64,000 nt of DNA, from the NCBI GenBank assembly GCA_965215195.1, contig CBDCDC010000002.1, forward strand, positions 3,008,001 to 3,072,000, in the 5' to 3' direction. Shown here piece after piece: positions 39,173 through 49,655 of the stretch. Source of the DNA: Candidatus Latescibacterota bacterium. Its GTDB lineage: Bacteria > Latescibacterota > UBA2968 > UBA8231. Every line of letters starts with the position of its first letter. The first letter of the stretch is position 1. The translations under genes were made by a program, and so were the position numbers. A model generated the notes under the pieces. The model was not told where the DNA came from and searched no databases. It worked only from the letters and a program-made list of their open reading frames with translations.

Positions 39173-40141
39173 GTGGAATTGACCAAGAGACCCCGACGAC
39201 TCAGGCGCTCAGAAGCGGTGCGCAGCTTGGTGCGCGAGACTCACTTGCGCGTCGATGACTTGATCTGCCCGCTGTTTGTCACCGAAGGCGCAAAAACGCG
39301 CGCACCCATCGACGACATGCCCGGCCAATATCGCTTCTCAATTGATGCGCTGGTCAACGAGTGCCGCGCGCTGTGGGAGTTGGGCATCCCAGCGGTCAAT
39401 CTCTTTGGCTACTCAACCCAAAAAGACGATAGGGCCACTCAGTCCTACGACCCGCAGGGCTTGATCCAACGAGCGATCCGCAGCCTCAAGGCCGCAGTGC
39501 CCGAACTATGCGTACAGACCGATGTGGCCCTCGACCCCTATACTCACCACGGCCACGATGGCTTGGTCGTCGATGGCGAGGTCGTCAACGATGAGACCAT
39601 AGAGGTGCTGTGCAAGATGGCGCTTTCGCACGCCGAAGCCGGCGTTGATTGGGTCGCGCCCTCAGACATGATGGATGGCCGGGTCGGCGGCATTCGCCGA
39701 GCGCTCGACGCGGCTAATTATAAAAACGTCGGCATCTTGGCGTATTCGGCTAAATATGCCTCGTGCTTTTACGGTCCGTTCCGCGACGCGCTCCAGTCGG
39801 CACCCAAGAAGGGCGACAAGAAGAGCTATCAGATGGATCCTGCCAATGGCCGCGAGGCGCTCAAGGAGATTGCGCTCGACATTGAGGAAGGAGCCGATGT
39901 GGTGATGGTCAAGCCGGCACTGGCCTACTTAGACGTAATCGCCGCCGCCCGCCAAGCCTTTGACGTGCCGATTGCCGCGTACAATGTCTCCGGCGAGTTC
40001 GGAATGATTGTGGCGGCTGCGGAGCGGGGGTGGGTCCAGCGCGAGCAGGCCATTGTGGAGGTGTTGACCGGGATCAAGCGGGCCGGCGCGGATATGATCT
40101 TGACGTATTTCGCCAAAGAGGTCGCTGGGTACTTGCGCTGA
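39173..40141 (+). CDS. hemB: Porphobilinogen synthase
   Basis: RPRRLR, DVALDPYTHHGHDG, APSDMMDGR, YSAKY, YGPFRDA, YQMDPAN, MVKPA. Confidence 0.97.
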   Translation: MELTKRPRRLRRSEAVRSLVRETHLRVDDLICPLFVTEGAKTRAPIDDMPGQYRFSIDALVNECRALWELGIPAVNLFGYSTQKDDRATQSYDPQGLIQRAIRSLKAAVPELCVQTDVALDPYTHHGHDGLVVDGEVVNDETIEVLCKMALSHAEAGVDWVAPSDMMDGRVGGIRRALDAANYKNVGILAYSAKYASCFYGPFRDALQSAPKKGDKKSYQMDPANGREALKEIALDIEEGADVVMVKPALAYLDVIAAARQAFDVPIAAYNVSGEFGMIVAAAERGWVQREQAIVEVLTGIKRAGADMILTYFAKEVAGYLR

Positions 40142-40145
40142 TGCT

Positions 40146-40880
40146 ATGACATACGACGCTCAGGACTTTAAGATTCCGCTCCAATCAGCCGATTATGCTG
40201 AATGTTCCCTTTTTGCGACTGCGGCTATTGAAGCAATCGTCGAGGAGGCAATTGATCGGGGAGATAATAAAATTTTCATAAACACGAATCTGAAGCTCGG
40301 GCTACCGATGGAGAACATCAACAAAATCGCTGGTCCATTTGTCGAGGCATGGGCCGCGCAAACATTCTACGCTGTTCTTGAAGACGGTGCAAATAAATAC
40401 TCATTGATCAATGTTGAGGCTGTACAGCGGCTGCACATGGCTGATGTCATCCTTCAGTTCAAAAAAGAACGAAAGGTCGAGAGTGGAGTAACTGCCGAGG
40501 TGGATGTAAAGGCAACAGCAGAAGATATCGGATCAAGCGGAAAATCCCCGAATATCACTTCTTACGCTCGAATCCGCACGGCCTACGTCGAGGAGCCCGA
40601 TTATATTTTTGTCGTTCTCTCGCTAAAACACGGGCCTCATGGACGGAGCCATGGAAGTTGTTGCGTACAATGCATACGACCTCAAGTATCTCTCCGCGAA
40701 AGATATAAACTACAACCCTGCCTTGGGAACGGGTCAGATTCAGATTCGCGACATTCACTACGTCAAGCTTGAAGAGCGAACGACGTGGGAATTCTGCCAG
40801 TTGCTCGATCGCAAGTACTTGCAATCTGCACACCGGTCGTACTCGCAAACAGAAATGGATGGATCAAGAAAGATGACTGA
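40146..40880 (+). pseudogene. Type II restriction endonuclease-like gene broken by small deletions
   Basis: AD...EVDVK PD-(D/E)XK-like motif; frame switches near 40630 and 40843; the last frame reads ANRNGWIKKDD* and overlaps the MTase ATG. Confidence 0.6.
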
Positions 40881-41795
40881 GCAAAGAATCATACTGGGTG
40901 ATGCGCTTTCTGAGCTTCCCAAACTAGCAGCGGAAACGTTTGACCTAATCATCGCAGACCCTCCTTACAATCTTGGGAAGAATTATGGAAACAATCGAGA
41001 CGCCAGAGAATTCGACGACTACCTAGAATTTTCCCGAAGCTGGCTTGCGGAGGCGCATCGGCTGCTGAAACCTCAAGGCACAATTTACGTGTTTATGGGC
41101 TTCAGATTCATTTCCTATCTCTACAGTATTATGGAGCGCGAGTTGGGAATGTTTTTCAATAGCTGGATCGTATGGCACTACACACAAGGAATGGGTAAGA
41201 CCAAGGGTTTCTCGCCTCGCCACGACGATATTTTGATGTTCACCAAATCTAGGGATTTTGTCTTCAATCTCGACGATGTACGGGTGCCTCAGAAGTACTA
41301 TCGAGAGCGAAACAACATGAGGGGGGCCAATCCCGGCGACGTTTGGGAATTTTCTCACGTTCACTACTGCAATGAAAACCGAAACCAGAAGGGTTGATCG
41401 AGCGAATGGTCTTGGCTTCAAGCAGTGAAGGAGCACTTGTTCTCGATCCATTCTTTGGCAGTGGAACCACTCTTCAGGTGTGTCGACATCTCAATAGGTT
41501 CGGCACGGGTATCGAATTGAATCCCGATTATGTGCAAATGTCGAAAGAACGCTTGCAAGACGAGTTTCCTGGATTTGATAGTGTTGACCCGAGGATGAAA
41601 CGGGTTCCATTTGATTTGCGAAACGAATCAGTCAGACAAGAGTACTTAGCAAATCATCGACGTTGGTTCTTGAACAATCACGAGAATGCGGTCAGAGATT
41701 TTGAAAAGTCCGTTGAAACTCTTTATCCACAACGGACTCGTGAACCCGAACAAATGAAGCTACTTGAGTCGAGCGAAAAGTACAAAGCCCAATGA
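40873..41795 (+). pseudogene. N6/N4 DNA methyltransferase (beta class), frameshifted
   Basis: DPPY, GDVW; frameshift near 41382 where HPTQ of the expected HPTQKP is missing; KPEGLIERM..LDPFFGSGTT continues in another frame. Confidence 0.85.
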
Positions 41796-41842
41796 GGTGC
41801 TGCACTGCGCAGAAATCCGCCACTATTAGAAAGAACGCAACC

Positions 41843-42577
41843 ATGCAGCTCAAAGACAAAGTCGCCCTCATCACGGGCGGGGGTCGCGGCATTGGCCGCG
41901 CTATCGCCATGGGCTACGCCGCCGAGGGCGCACAGGTAGCCATTGCGGCGCGCAGCACGGCGCAACTCGACGAAGTTGCCGCGGCGATTGCTGTGCAGGG
42001 CGGCGAAGTTCTCGCCGTGCCGACCGATTTGCGGGTGAGCGCAGAGGTGGAACGCCTCGTGCAGAAAACAATAGAGCGGTTCGGTCGGATCGATGTTGTC
42101 GTCAACAACGCTGGCGTCAATCCGCGCGGGCTGTTTTTAGACGCGACGGATGAACAGTGGGAGCAGGCGTGGCAAGTTAACGTCATGGGCGCGGTTCGCT
42201 GTTGTCGCGCGGTATTGCCCATTATGCAGCGACAGGGCAGCGGGAACATTATCAACGTCGGCTCCGGCATGGGCCAGGTCGGCCACGCGGATCTGAGCGT
42301 CTATTGCGCGTCCAAAGCGGCCTTGCACGGATTGACGCAAGCCATTGCAGAAGAAGTGTGGAGCGAGGGCATCATCGCCAACGTTCTCATCCCCGGCCCG
42401 GTCAAGACGGACCTGTCAAAACCAGCTTGGCAAAAGGACAGCAGCTTTCGCGCTGCAAGCGACTCGTGGAAGGAGCCAGAACAGGTGGTTGCCTCAGCGC
42501 TTTTCCTCGCGGCACAACCCCCGGCCAGCGGCATGACCGGCCAAATCCTCAGCATCATGCGCCGCACTAGTCCTTAA
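41843..42577 (+). CDS. Short-chain dehydrogenase/reductase
   Basis: TGGGRGIG, NNAG, YCASK. Confidence 0.93.
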   Translation: MQLKDKVALITGGGRGIGRAIAMGYAAEGAQVAIAARSTAQLDEVAAAIAVQGGEVLAVPTDLRVSAEVERLVQKTIERFGRIDVVVNNAGVNPRGLFLDATDEQWEQAWQVNVMGAVRCCRAVLPIMQRQGSGNIINVGSGMGQVGHADLSVYCASKAALHGLTQAIAEEVWSEGIIANVLIPGPVKTDLSKPAWQKDSSFRAASDSWKEPEQVVASALFLAAQPPASGMTGQILSIMRRTSP

Positions 42578-42608
42578 GAGCGTCTAACGTCCAGCGGGAG
42601 TTTCAATT

Positions 42609-43361
42609 GTGAAATGGCTGTCGATTGTTATAGGTGCGGCAACCGCACTGTATGGCTGTGGCCCAAAACTTAAAACTGAAACGTATTCCAATGGACAGGT
42701 CAAAGTTCAATACCAGTACTACAAAAACGAAGCAAATGAGTTAATCAAACACGGGCCCTATACAGCGTATTATACAACCGGCAATCCGCAAGTACAGGGC
42801 ATGTACAAGGACGACGAGAAAGATGGAAAAATTGTTTATTACTTTGAAGATGGGATCAAAAAATCGGAAGAGACCTATAGCGCAGGTAGGCTCCACGGCC
42901 CCTTTACAGACTACTATGAGGAAGGAACCAAACGTGCGGAAGGAACCTACCAAGCGGGACAGTTCCACGGAGCCTATACCAAGTACTATGCAAACGGGCA
43001 AATAGAATTATCCGTAGTCTTCAAAAACGGTCAATGGCACGGCCCCTATACCAGTTACTACAGCAACGGGAATAAATGGCTAGAAGGCTTCTATACAAAC
43101 GGCCGCGAGAGCGGGATCTGGACCCATTACGACGAATCAGCAAAAAAGACAAACGGGCCCCTCGTCTCCTACTACGAAAACGGACAAAAAAAATGGGAGG
43201 GCTCCTACACAGACGGAAATCCCGATGGAATTTTTGTAGTCTTTGATGTCGAGGGCAATAAGGTAAGGCAGGATGTGTGGGAAAAAGGGCAATTGGTAAA
43301 GCGGTCAAATTGCGAAAAGAATCTCGACGACTGTGCGGACAGTAGTTTGCGTCCTCAATGA
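42609..43361 (+). CDS. MORN-variant (YwqK-like) repeat lipoprotein
   Basis: Lipobox LYGC; repeated HGPYT.YY.NG units; visibly AT-rich. Confidence 0.85.
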   Translation: MKWLSIVIGAATALYGCGPKLKTETYSNGQVKVQYQYYKNEANELIKHGPYTAYYTTGNPQVQGMYKDDEKDGKIVYYFEDGIKKSEETYSAGRLHGPFTDYYEEGTKRAEGTYQAGQFHGAYTKYYANGQIELSVVFKNGQWHGPYTSYYSNGNKWLEGFYTNGRESGIWTHYDESAKKTNGPLVSYYENGQKKWEGSYTDGNPDGIFVVFDVEGNKVRQDVWEKGQLVKRSNCEKNLDDCADSSLRPQ

Positions 43362-43376
43362 TTTTGTACGGATTCC

Positions 43377-45137
43377 TCAGTCCCCCTCAGTATTAGCCAG
43401 CCGTTGTATCAAGGTATCGGGCAAAGCCGCTGCCAACTCGTCTTGATATACTGTTATGCGATCTTGGTACTTCGCCAGCAAATCGTCGACCAGTTCCTCG
43501 AAGAGTCGGTCTTCTTTCTGCCGACGCAGAAGTGAGTGCGCTCGTCGTGCCAATTTGGAAAACGGAGGAAGTTCTCCTTTTATGCGGCGGAGTACTTTGA
43601 ACAGGCTGTACCCACCCTTGACTTGGACCGGTCCAACAATCTCTCCTATTTCGGCTTCCTGCACGGCCTCGTAGAGTTGCGGGTTGACATAGCGATCGCG
43701 GCCGTGCAGGTGTACCTGTCCCGGTTCTTCCTGCGACCCGGTGCGAATGGTGTGTTCTCGGGCCAAGTCGATAAGGGTTTCGTCCCCTCGCTCCAATTCT
43801 GTGAGAAGAACTCGCGCCTTTTCTTGGGTTTCGACTAGTACTTCGATCAGATCAAACTGGTCGGATTTGCGAAACAAATCCTCGTGCGCTTGGTAGAACT
43901 CCTGAGCCTCCTCCTCGGTGACTACGGCTTTGTCTTCCACTTCTTCCCGGCGGACTTGCCGAACCATGAACTCCCAGCGCGTCTGCTCCAGCCAATTTTG
44001 TTCTTCCGTCCGCTCGGGAATGCCCGCCCGCTTTGCCGCCTCCAGCAGAATGGCAGACTGCATGACGGTGGACTCGGCGGCTGCAACCACTGCCGCGCTG
44101 TCCTTTACCCCCCAGCCCGAGCGCGCCCGCCCGGCATCTTCCCACAGCGCATCCACGTATTCTCCCACAGTCACCTGCCCACCTTGGTAGGTGAAGAGGG
44201 GCTGGATCGCCTCCCTAGCCGAAAAATGCCGGCGATGCACCGCGGAGTACGCGGCCGCTTTTTGCAGGAGAAGTTCTAACCCTGAGGATTCGATCTTCCA
44301 GCCAAACTCTCGGGCCAGAGACCGGCCCTTTTCTCTTTTGGCCTCTTTGAGCTTTCCTGCATGGAGCACGGAGCGAATGCGGGACCGCTGTTCCTCTAGG
44401 CTCCCGGGCCGGTCTTGGCGAAAGCGCATTACCAAGTAGCGTTTGTTGATGGGCAGGATATCGGACACGACGCCCATCGGCAGCTCGCGGAACACCTCGT
44501 CTGGAATTTTTAATCTGCGGGCTTGCGGCCGCGAAATATACCCCCATACTCCACCTTGGGTAGCCGACCCCTTGTGGACGGAGTATTGCTTGGCCAAGTC
44601 CGCGAAACTTTCGCCAGAGGCGAGCTTTGCGAGCACTTCTTGGGCTTGGGATTTTTCCTCGACCAGAATGCCGGCTAGTTGGCGCTGCCGCCCTAGATCA
44701 TTTTCCTCGAAATACCTGTGTATATCCGCCTCGTCAACTTCTACTTGGATGGCTGGCTGCTCGTTGCGATAAACTTCGATGAGGTGCTGGTGCCAGTTCG
44801 CTTCAACCCGCTTTTGGACCGCCATGGACTCCTGCAATTCCCAAACTTGGGCCTCTAGGTAGAGCAGGTGCTTGACCAGCAAACTGTGCAGATAGTCCTG
44901 TCGCGCGGCCGCTCCTTCCTGCTTGGAACGCAGGTTCCGAGGGGTGGAAATGGCGAAGTCGCGCAACTCGCCGGCCTGCAGGACCGCCTCCCCAATCCGC
45001 GCCACCACCCCGGGCGCGGCTTGGGGAGGTTCTTCGGACGTCGTAGTACACGCAGCGAATAGACAAAAAATAAAAAGGCGAGAGAACACACCCCACCCAC
45101 TTCCCGTCCTGCGTCTTCTCATGTTCCTGCGAGGCAT
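43377..45137 (-). CDS. Parvulin-type peptidyl-prolyl isomerase lipoprotein (PrsA/SurA-like, two rotamase domains)
   Basis: Lipobox FAAC; GESFADLAKQYS..SATQGG.WG; second domain LAREHT..GEIVGPV..GYSLFKV; TAATG coupling to the upstream gene. Confidence 0.85.
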   Translation of the reverse strand: MPRRNMRRRRTGSGWGVFSRLFIFCLFAACTTTSEEPPQAAPGVVARIGEAVLQAGELRDFAISTPRNLRSKQEGAAARQDYLHSLLVKHLLYLEAQVWELQESMAVQKRVEANWHQHLIEVYRNEQPAIQVEVDEADIHRYFEENDLGRQRQLAGILVEEKSQAQEVLAKLASGESFADLAKQYSVHKGSATQGGVWGYISRPQARRLKIPDEVFRELPMGVVSDILPINKRYLVMRFRQDRPGSLEEQRSRIRSVLHAGKLKEAKREKGRSLAREFGWKIESSGLELLLQKAAAYSAVHRRHFSAREAIQPLFTYQGGQVTVGEYVDALWEDAGRARSGWGVKDSAAVVAAAESTVMQSAILLEAAKRAGIPERTEEQNWLEQTRWEFMVRQVRREEVEDKAVVTEEEAQEFYQAHEDLFRKSDQFDLIEVLVETQEKARVLLTELERGDETLIDLAREHTIRTGSQEEPGQVHLHGRDRYVNPQLYEAVQEAEIGEIVGPVQVKGGYSLFKVLRRIKGELPPFSKLARRAHSLLRRQKEDRLFEELVDDLLAKYQDRITVYQDELAAALPDTLIQRLANTEGD

Positions 45138-46987
45138 TAATACACAACCGCTAGGGTTCCTACGTACACACTGCTTCCCTGGTCGGCATCGGCAACTAGT
45201 TGGTAAACGTATAGGCCCGGAGGTGCCGTGTGCCCGGCGTCGTCAACGCCCTTCCAGGATATAGCGTATTGCCCGTTAGCCTGCTCTGCGGACTGGTGCC
45301 AAATCCGCTGGCCGGAAAGATCAAAGATCTCAACAGATACCTGAATGGACTGGATGACTTGTAGCAGGCTGTAGGATATTTCTACTGCATCGTTCACTCC
45401 ATCGCCATTAGGTGTTAGATGGTGCTGCGAAATCCCCACGGATGCAAGCAGAGATCGGTCCAGATCCCATTTCACCAGCAGGTCATCCGCGTCAATGGCC
45501 GGCGTGGCATCTCCCGGCACGATGATCTGCGGTATATCTCCCTCTCTCTTGGTGTCGAACACTCTGCCGGTGAAGCGCGTGCCGTACACCAGTACTTCGG
45601 CGTCAAAATCTACTTCGAGCAAGGTTGCGTGTTCAGTTATCCGGTTCGCTGGAAACGAGACTGCAAAGCCATCTGCCCTCACATCCTCGGAGTATGCGAC
45701 CGGATTGCCATTGATCCTGACTTCCTCGATTTCCGCCGGCAACGGCGTAGCTACTTGCAGACCGTCAATGCCGCTATCCCCGGGATCCAAGATAGCGCGC
45801 ACCGCATAGGTGAAGGCCGTCTTTTTCCCAGGAACGACTTGTTGGGGCGTCAACTCGGCTATGAATTCCCGGCCGAACAGGGGCGTGGAAAATTCCACTG
45901 CTAGAGAATCAATCCGACTCCTGAACAGCGGAGAGAAGGATTGAAAGTCAATGCTAAACTGAACGTACTGTGCCGGAGCCAAAGCGATCAGGGGCACCTC
46001 CCCAGTCGGGGGATAGGGTGCCGACCAGCCGCTCCAATTCTCGGTATCGGGCTGGATGGAGCCCTTTTCCGTCGGCCTGAGTTTTTTGTACTCGGCTCGC
46101 GTTACTCGTTCTTCCCCTGCCAGTCCCAGACCCGTCAGACGATGGTACACAAAGGGATCGTCCGTCTGCCCGGTGCGCGTGCGGATCAGCAGAGCACTGC
46201 CCGAATCGCTCAGAGCCGACCACGTCAAGTTCCCGAGACTGGCCCGATCGCCCAGATCGATCACGTCTGACTCGTAGTGGCCCACGAGGGCGTATCCATT
46301 GCCCCACACCTCGAGTTCGTCAATCTCCCACAAGGTGGGATCGGGCAAACTGATAGTGTCTGAGATGGCCACGTAGCGCACTACCTGCAAGGGGAGCTTT
46401 ATATGGGCGAAAGGGTTGTTCGTCTGGGCCTTTTCCGCTACCAGCTTCCAGTCTTTTACCACATTAAACCAGTGTCCGCCGAGGGGTAGTGCGAGTTCAT
46501 CGAGACCGACCCCGTCGTGGACCCAAACTTGGTATCCTCGCATAAAGGCCTGTTCTAACCCTTCCCGGGGATAGAAGCTAAGGCTGTCCACGCCGAAAGG
46601 CCCTCCCAAGTCGAGGATCAGGGTTACGGGGAGATCCGCTTTGTTTACTCGGCGCTCCACGTTCCGGTCGGACAGATCCGGGAAAGCCGCACTGTGGTCG
46701 CCGTTGATGATCTTGGGCAACAATTCCACTCCTAGGCGGAAATCGGAATTTACCCACCCGCCCCGATCCATGGAACTGAGGGACAAATTCTGGTTCGACA
46801 CGAAGATGGGCTGAAGCCAGCCCTCCTCTGCGGTGTCGTCCAGCCCCGCAAAACTTCCCGCAGCACTCCATGGACGGTCTGCGGTTCCAACCGTCCATCT
46901 AGCCGCTCCGAAAGCCGATTCTGCAAAGAGCAATAAGGCACAGCCCAGCGGCAGCAACAGGCTACATTTGCGCCTGTTCACGTTCAT
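45137..46987 (-). CDS. Secreted discoidin-like / FlgD-Ig protein, type A
   Basis: Signal peptide; LDLGGPF..FYPR, RTRTG..WSGWSAP, TPNGDGVND..WKG.D..G..PPGLY. Confidence 0.8.
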   Translation of the reverse strand: MNVNRRKCSLLLPLGCALLLFAESAFGAARWTVGTADRPWSAAGSFAGLDDTAEEGWLQPIFVSNQNLSLSSMDRGGWVNSDFRLGVELLPKIINGDHSAAFPDLSDRNVERRVNKADLPVTLILDLGGPFGVDSLSFYPREGLEQAFMRGYQVWVHDGVGLDELALPLGGHWFNVVKDWKLVAEKAQTNNPFAHIKLPLQVVRYVAISDTISLPDPTLWEIDELEVWGNGYALVGHYESDVIDLGDRASLGNLTWSALSDSGSALLIRTRTGQTDDPFVYHRLTGLGLAGEERVTRAEYKKLRPTEKGSIQPDTENWSGWSAPYPPTGEVPLIALAPAQYVQFSIDFQSFSPLFRSRIDSLAVEFSTPLFGREFIAELTPQQVVPGKKTAFTYAVRAILDPGDSGIDGLQVATPLPAEIEEVRINGNPVAYSEDVRADGFAVSFPANRITEHATLLEVDFDAEVLVYGTRFTGRVFDTKREGDIPQIIVPGDATPAIDADDLLVKWDLDRSLLASVGISQHHLTPNGDGVNDAVEISYSLLQVIQSIQVSVEIFDLSGQRIWHQSAEQANGQYAISWKGVDDAGHTAPPGLYVYQLVADADQGSSVYVGTLAVVY

Positions 46988-46996
46988 CTCTTGTCC

Positions 46997-49606
46997 TTAA
47001 CTGGAGCCAAGCCCGGCGAACACCACGATGAAAGCACTGGTGATGGTCTCTGGAGAATCTCTGTTTTCAAATTGCCTCCTCTCCCACTGGTGCCCGATGT
47101 TCATGATGACCTCATAGCCGAGGTAGTTGTTATTGATAGAAATCTGCGACGTGATGACGCTGCCGAAAAAATCTCCGGTGCTGCCCAGTGCTTCCTCGAG
47201 GTCGTAGAACTGGGCCAACTCGGTACCCACTTCGAGCCAGAGCTTTGGCATGGGTTGGGTTCTGACCGTCAAGATACCCATTTCGGTTAGATTGTGGACA
47301 TCCGCTTCGCCTTTGATGAAGGCCGTGCTGCGGCGGTACAAGCTCCTAAATTTGGGATGAATTTTGAAATCGCCGATCCAGAAGGCATAGTCGCATTTAT
47401 TGACAATCCCGAGGAAATAGGAATCCTTCAACTCCTCGAGCACACCTCCGGTTCGAAGAGGCCTGGCGAAGTTCGCGCCCTGCTGATTGTAAATCTCGTA
47501 CTTGACCTTATTGGTCACATTGAAATTGGGCAGTCCCTTGTAATCGAAGCGCAGAAAGGCCGTGTTGATCACTGCGTCCTGAGCCACTAGGCGATCCTGA
47601 AAGGTTTGTATCCCCCCGAATGTACCGGGCGGGTGCGTCCAGATGAGTTGGTCGTCGATGAGATTGTCTTGGACGATTCGCAGATTGTCGAATATCTGCA
47701 ACCGGCCCAGTTGGGCATAGTCCTTGTCAAAGGTCACTAATCCATAAAAATCTTTGCTTTCCCTCTCATCGGACCACAACCATTCCTTGGCATATCCGAT
47801 CAGGACTTTTGATTCGGGGGTGAGACGCCGCCCCACATAGCCATTGTACCCACGGTGATCCCGCTGGTAGGGATAATCCGGCTCATCGTCGTCTTCAAAG
47901 CGATCAATAATGGTGTTGTGATCGAGATCCATCCCAAATAGAAACTCCGGGGGATCCACCTCGTAGCGCCAAAAGGGTTCATCGTAGTCGGGCCGCAGAT
48001 TGTTGTTCTGGTTGAAATCCGAGATGAAATCGTTGTTTTCGTCCAGTCCGGGAAAGATGCCCCCGGCAGGGGGACCACCCCGGGCCAATCCCTCCCCTTC
48101 GAGCGGCTGGTTGGCCCGCTGCCAGTCCGGCCATCGATCTTGGTCGTCGTTGTCATCCACGAACTCGTAGCGATTGCGCTCCGCATTCGAATAGTCGATC
48201 TCTCCGGTCCGGTCCAAGATGAACATAGAGGTGGAATATCCTTCGTCGATACTGAATACTTCACCAAAGCCAAACCAAGGATAGGCGACCTTGCGCGCGG
48301 CTAAAAAAAAGGCCTCTGAACGAGTGGAAGCGTGAGCGTGACGCTCAAAGTTGATATTGGGAAACCGCCTCCAGCGATTGTTAATATCTACTTCGCCCCA
48401 CACTGTGAGTCCCATCAGGTCGCGTACTTCTAGGGTAAATCCGATGATCTCGTTTCCCGTAGGCAGACCGTAATCGAACTTTACTACTCGCTGGTTCGAG
48501 CCATCGTCGACGTTTCCGTCCGCTCGCACGACTGGCAAAAAGACCGGCTCGCCGAGGGCATTGGTCTGCAGGTTCGATGTGGCCTCAACGCGGTAATCGT
48601 TGGCCAGAACCAGTTCAAATCCTATTTTTCGTTTTAACTCGGGATCGGGAATCACATAGGTCAGGGTGATGGCTTCGATCCCATCCGCAGCCAGAGCTCC
48701 TCGCACCGGCAAGCCCCCCTCTATGCGGGGTTCAATGGCCGCGGGTTCCATCTCATTGCCTCTATTGACGAATATCTGTTCGGAGAACAGTACTCCTCCC
48801 CCTTCCCCGTCCTCGGGCGAATCGTCGGTGATGCGGATGGCGATCCAGCGGATGACATCTTGGTTTTGCACCGAAGTAAGCTGGCCTTCCTGAAAGCCGC
48901 TGAGCGGCAGGTCCGTAGAGGTGCGGCTGAAATGGGAGTTTACGTAGGTGGCCCCGAGGTTTACGAAGTCGCCGACTTGGACTGTGCCCCTGAAGCCAAA
49001 GAGGTTGTTAAAGTCCGTCATCCGGGTTTCGGGAACATCTACATTTTGCCCCCGCGTCGGAAAATTGACTCTGGAACTCAGGAGGGTGAGCGCGTATTTG
49101 TCGGAGCGAAAATCCGCTTGGATGCCGTTGAAGGCTGGTTTCGAGAACGTCATGGGCGTCAGGGTCGTTCTGATTTCATCACCTAGGGTTATCGCCAAGT
49201 TGTACTGTCCGCTGGAGGTATGCCCAATCACGACATTGTTGAACCAGTTGGAGTACCGGCCGCTCTTGAAGATGTTGCTGCCGAACGAGGTGGGGACTTC
49301 TTGGGTCCACTCGTAGATCTTCCAGCCCTTGGTGAGGTATTTCCCGTACAGATCGTACCACCTAGTACCCTCTAAGCCCACATCCACGTAGCGCTTGTAC
49401 GGCTCTCTTGCGTAATTGCTGTACTGCCACCACGACCATCTATACTGATAGTAAAGTTCCTGACGCTGATACCATTTCATCAAGGTCGGGTCCAGCGCTT
49501 CGGCTACTGGGCCAGACGGGACCGACCGCTGGGCATCTCCCGTGGATGTGCTCAGACATGAGAAGAGGAGTACCAGACCCCACACACCTCTGCATCGAAT
49601 AGTCAT
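46997..49606 (-). CDS. Large secreted hypothetical protein, putative outer-membrane beta-barrel with acidic Ca-binding-like loops
   Basis: Signal peptide; DDNDDQD, DENNDFISD, DLDHNTIID motifs; alternating aromatic/polar strands at the C-terminus. Confidence 0.6.
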   Translation of the reverse strand: MTIRCRGVWGLVLLFSCLSTSTGDAQRSVPSGPVAEALDPTLMKWYQRQELYYQYRWSWWQYSNYAREPYKRYVDVGLEGTRWYDLYGKYLTKGWKIYEWTQEVPTSFGSNIFKSGRYSNWFNNVVIGHTSSGQYNLAITLGDEIRTTLTPMTFSKPAFNGIQADFRSDKYALTLLSSRVNFPTRGQNVDVPETRMTDFNNLFGFRGTVQVGDFVNLGATYVNSHFSRTSTDLPLSGFQEGQLTSVQNQDVIRWIAIRITDDSPEDGEGGGVLFSEQIFVNRGNEMEPAAIEPRIEGGLPVRGALAADGIEAITLTYVIPDPELKRKIGFELVLANDYRVEATSNLQTNALGEPVFLPVVRADGNVDDGSNQRVVKFDYGLPTGNEIIGFTLEVRDLMGLTVWGEVDINNRWRRFPNINFERHAHASTRSEAFFLAARKVAYPWFGFGEVFSIDEGYSTSMFILDRTGEIDYSNAERNRYEFVDDNDDQDRWPDWQRANQPLEGEGLARGGPPAGGIFPGLDENNDFISDFNQNNNLRPDYDEPFWRYEVDPPEFLFGMDLDHNTIIDRFEDDDEPDYPYQRDHRGYNGYVGRRLTPESKVLIGYAKEWLWSDERESKDFYGLVTFDKDYAQLGRLQIFDNLRIVQDNLIDDQLIWTHPPGTFGGIQTFQDRLVAQDAVINTAFLRFDYKGLPNFNVTNKVKYEIYNQQGANFARPLRTGGVLEELKDSYFLGIVNKCDYAFWIGDFKIHPKFRSLYRRSTAFIKGEADVHNLTEMGILTVRTQPMPKLWLEVGTELAQFYDLEEALGSTGDFFGSVITSQISINNNYLGYEVIMNIGHQWERRQFENRDSPETITSAFIVVFAGLGSS

Positions 49607-49655
49607 CGCGAACTCCCTGCCGAGACTTCAGATAGGCAGCTTATCGACATGTATA

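Noticed and set aside
40639-41397. Genuine nuclease-methylase fusion protein
   Set aside because: The fusion arises from a deletion; the native nuclease end (ANRNGWIKKDD*) is visible in another frame
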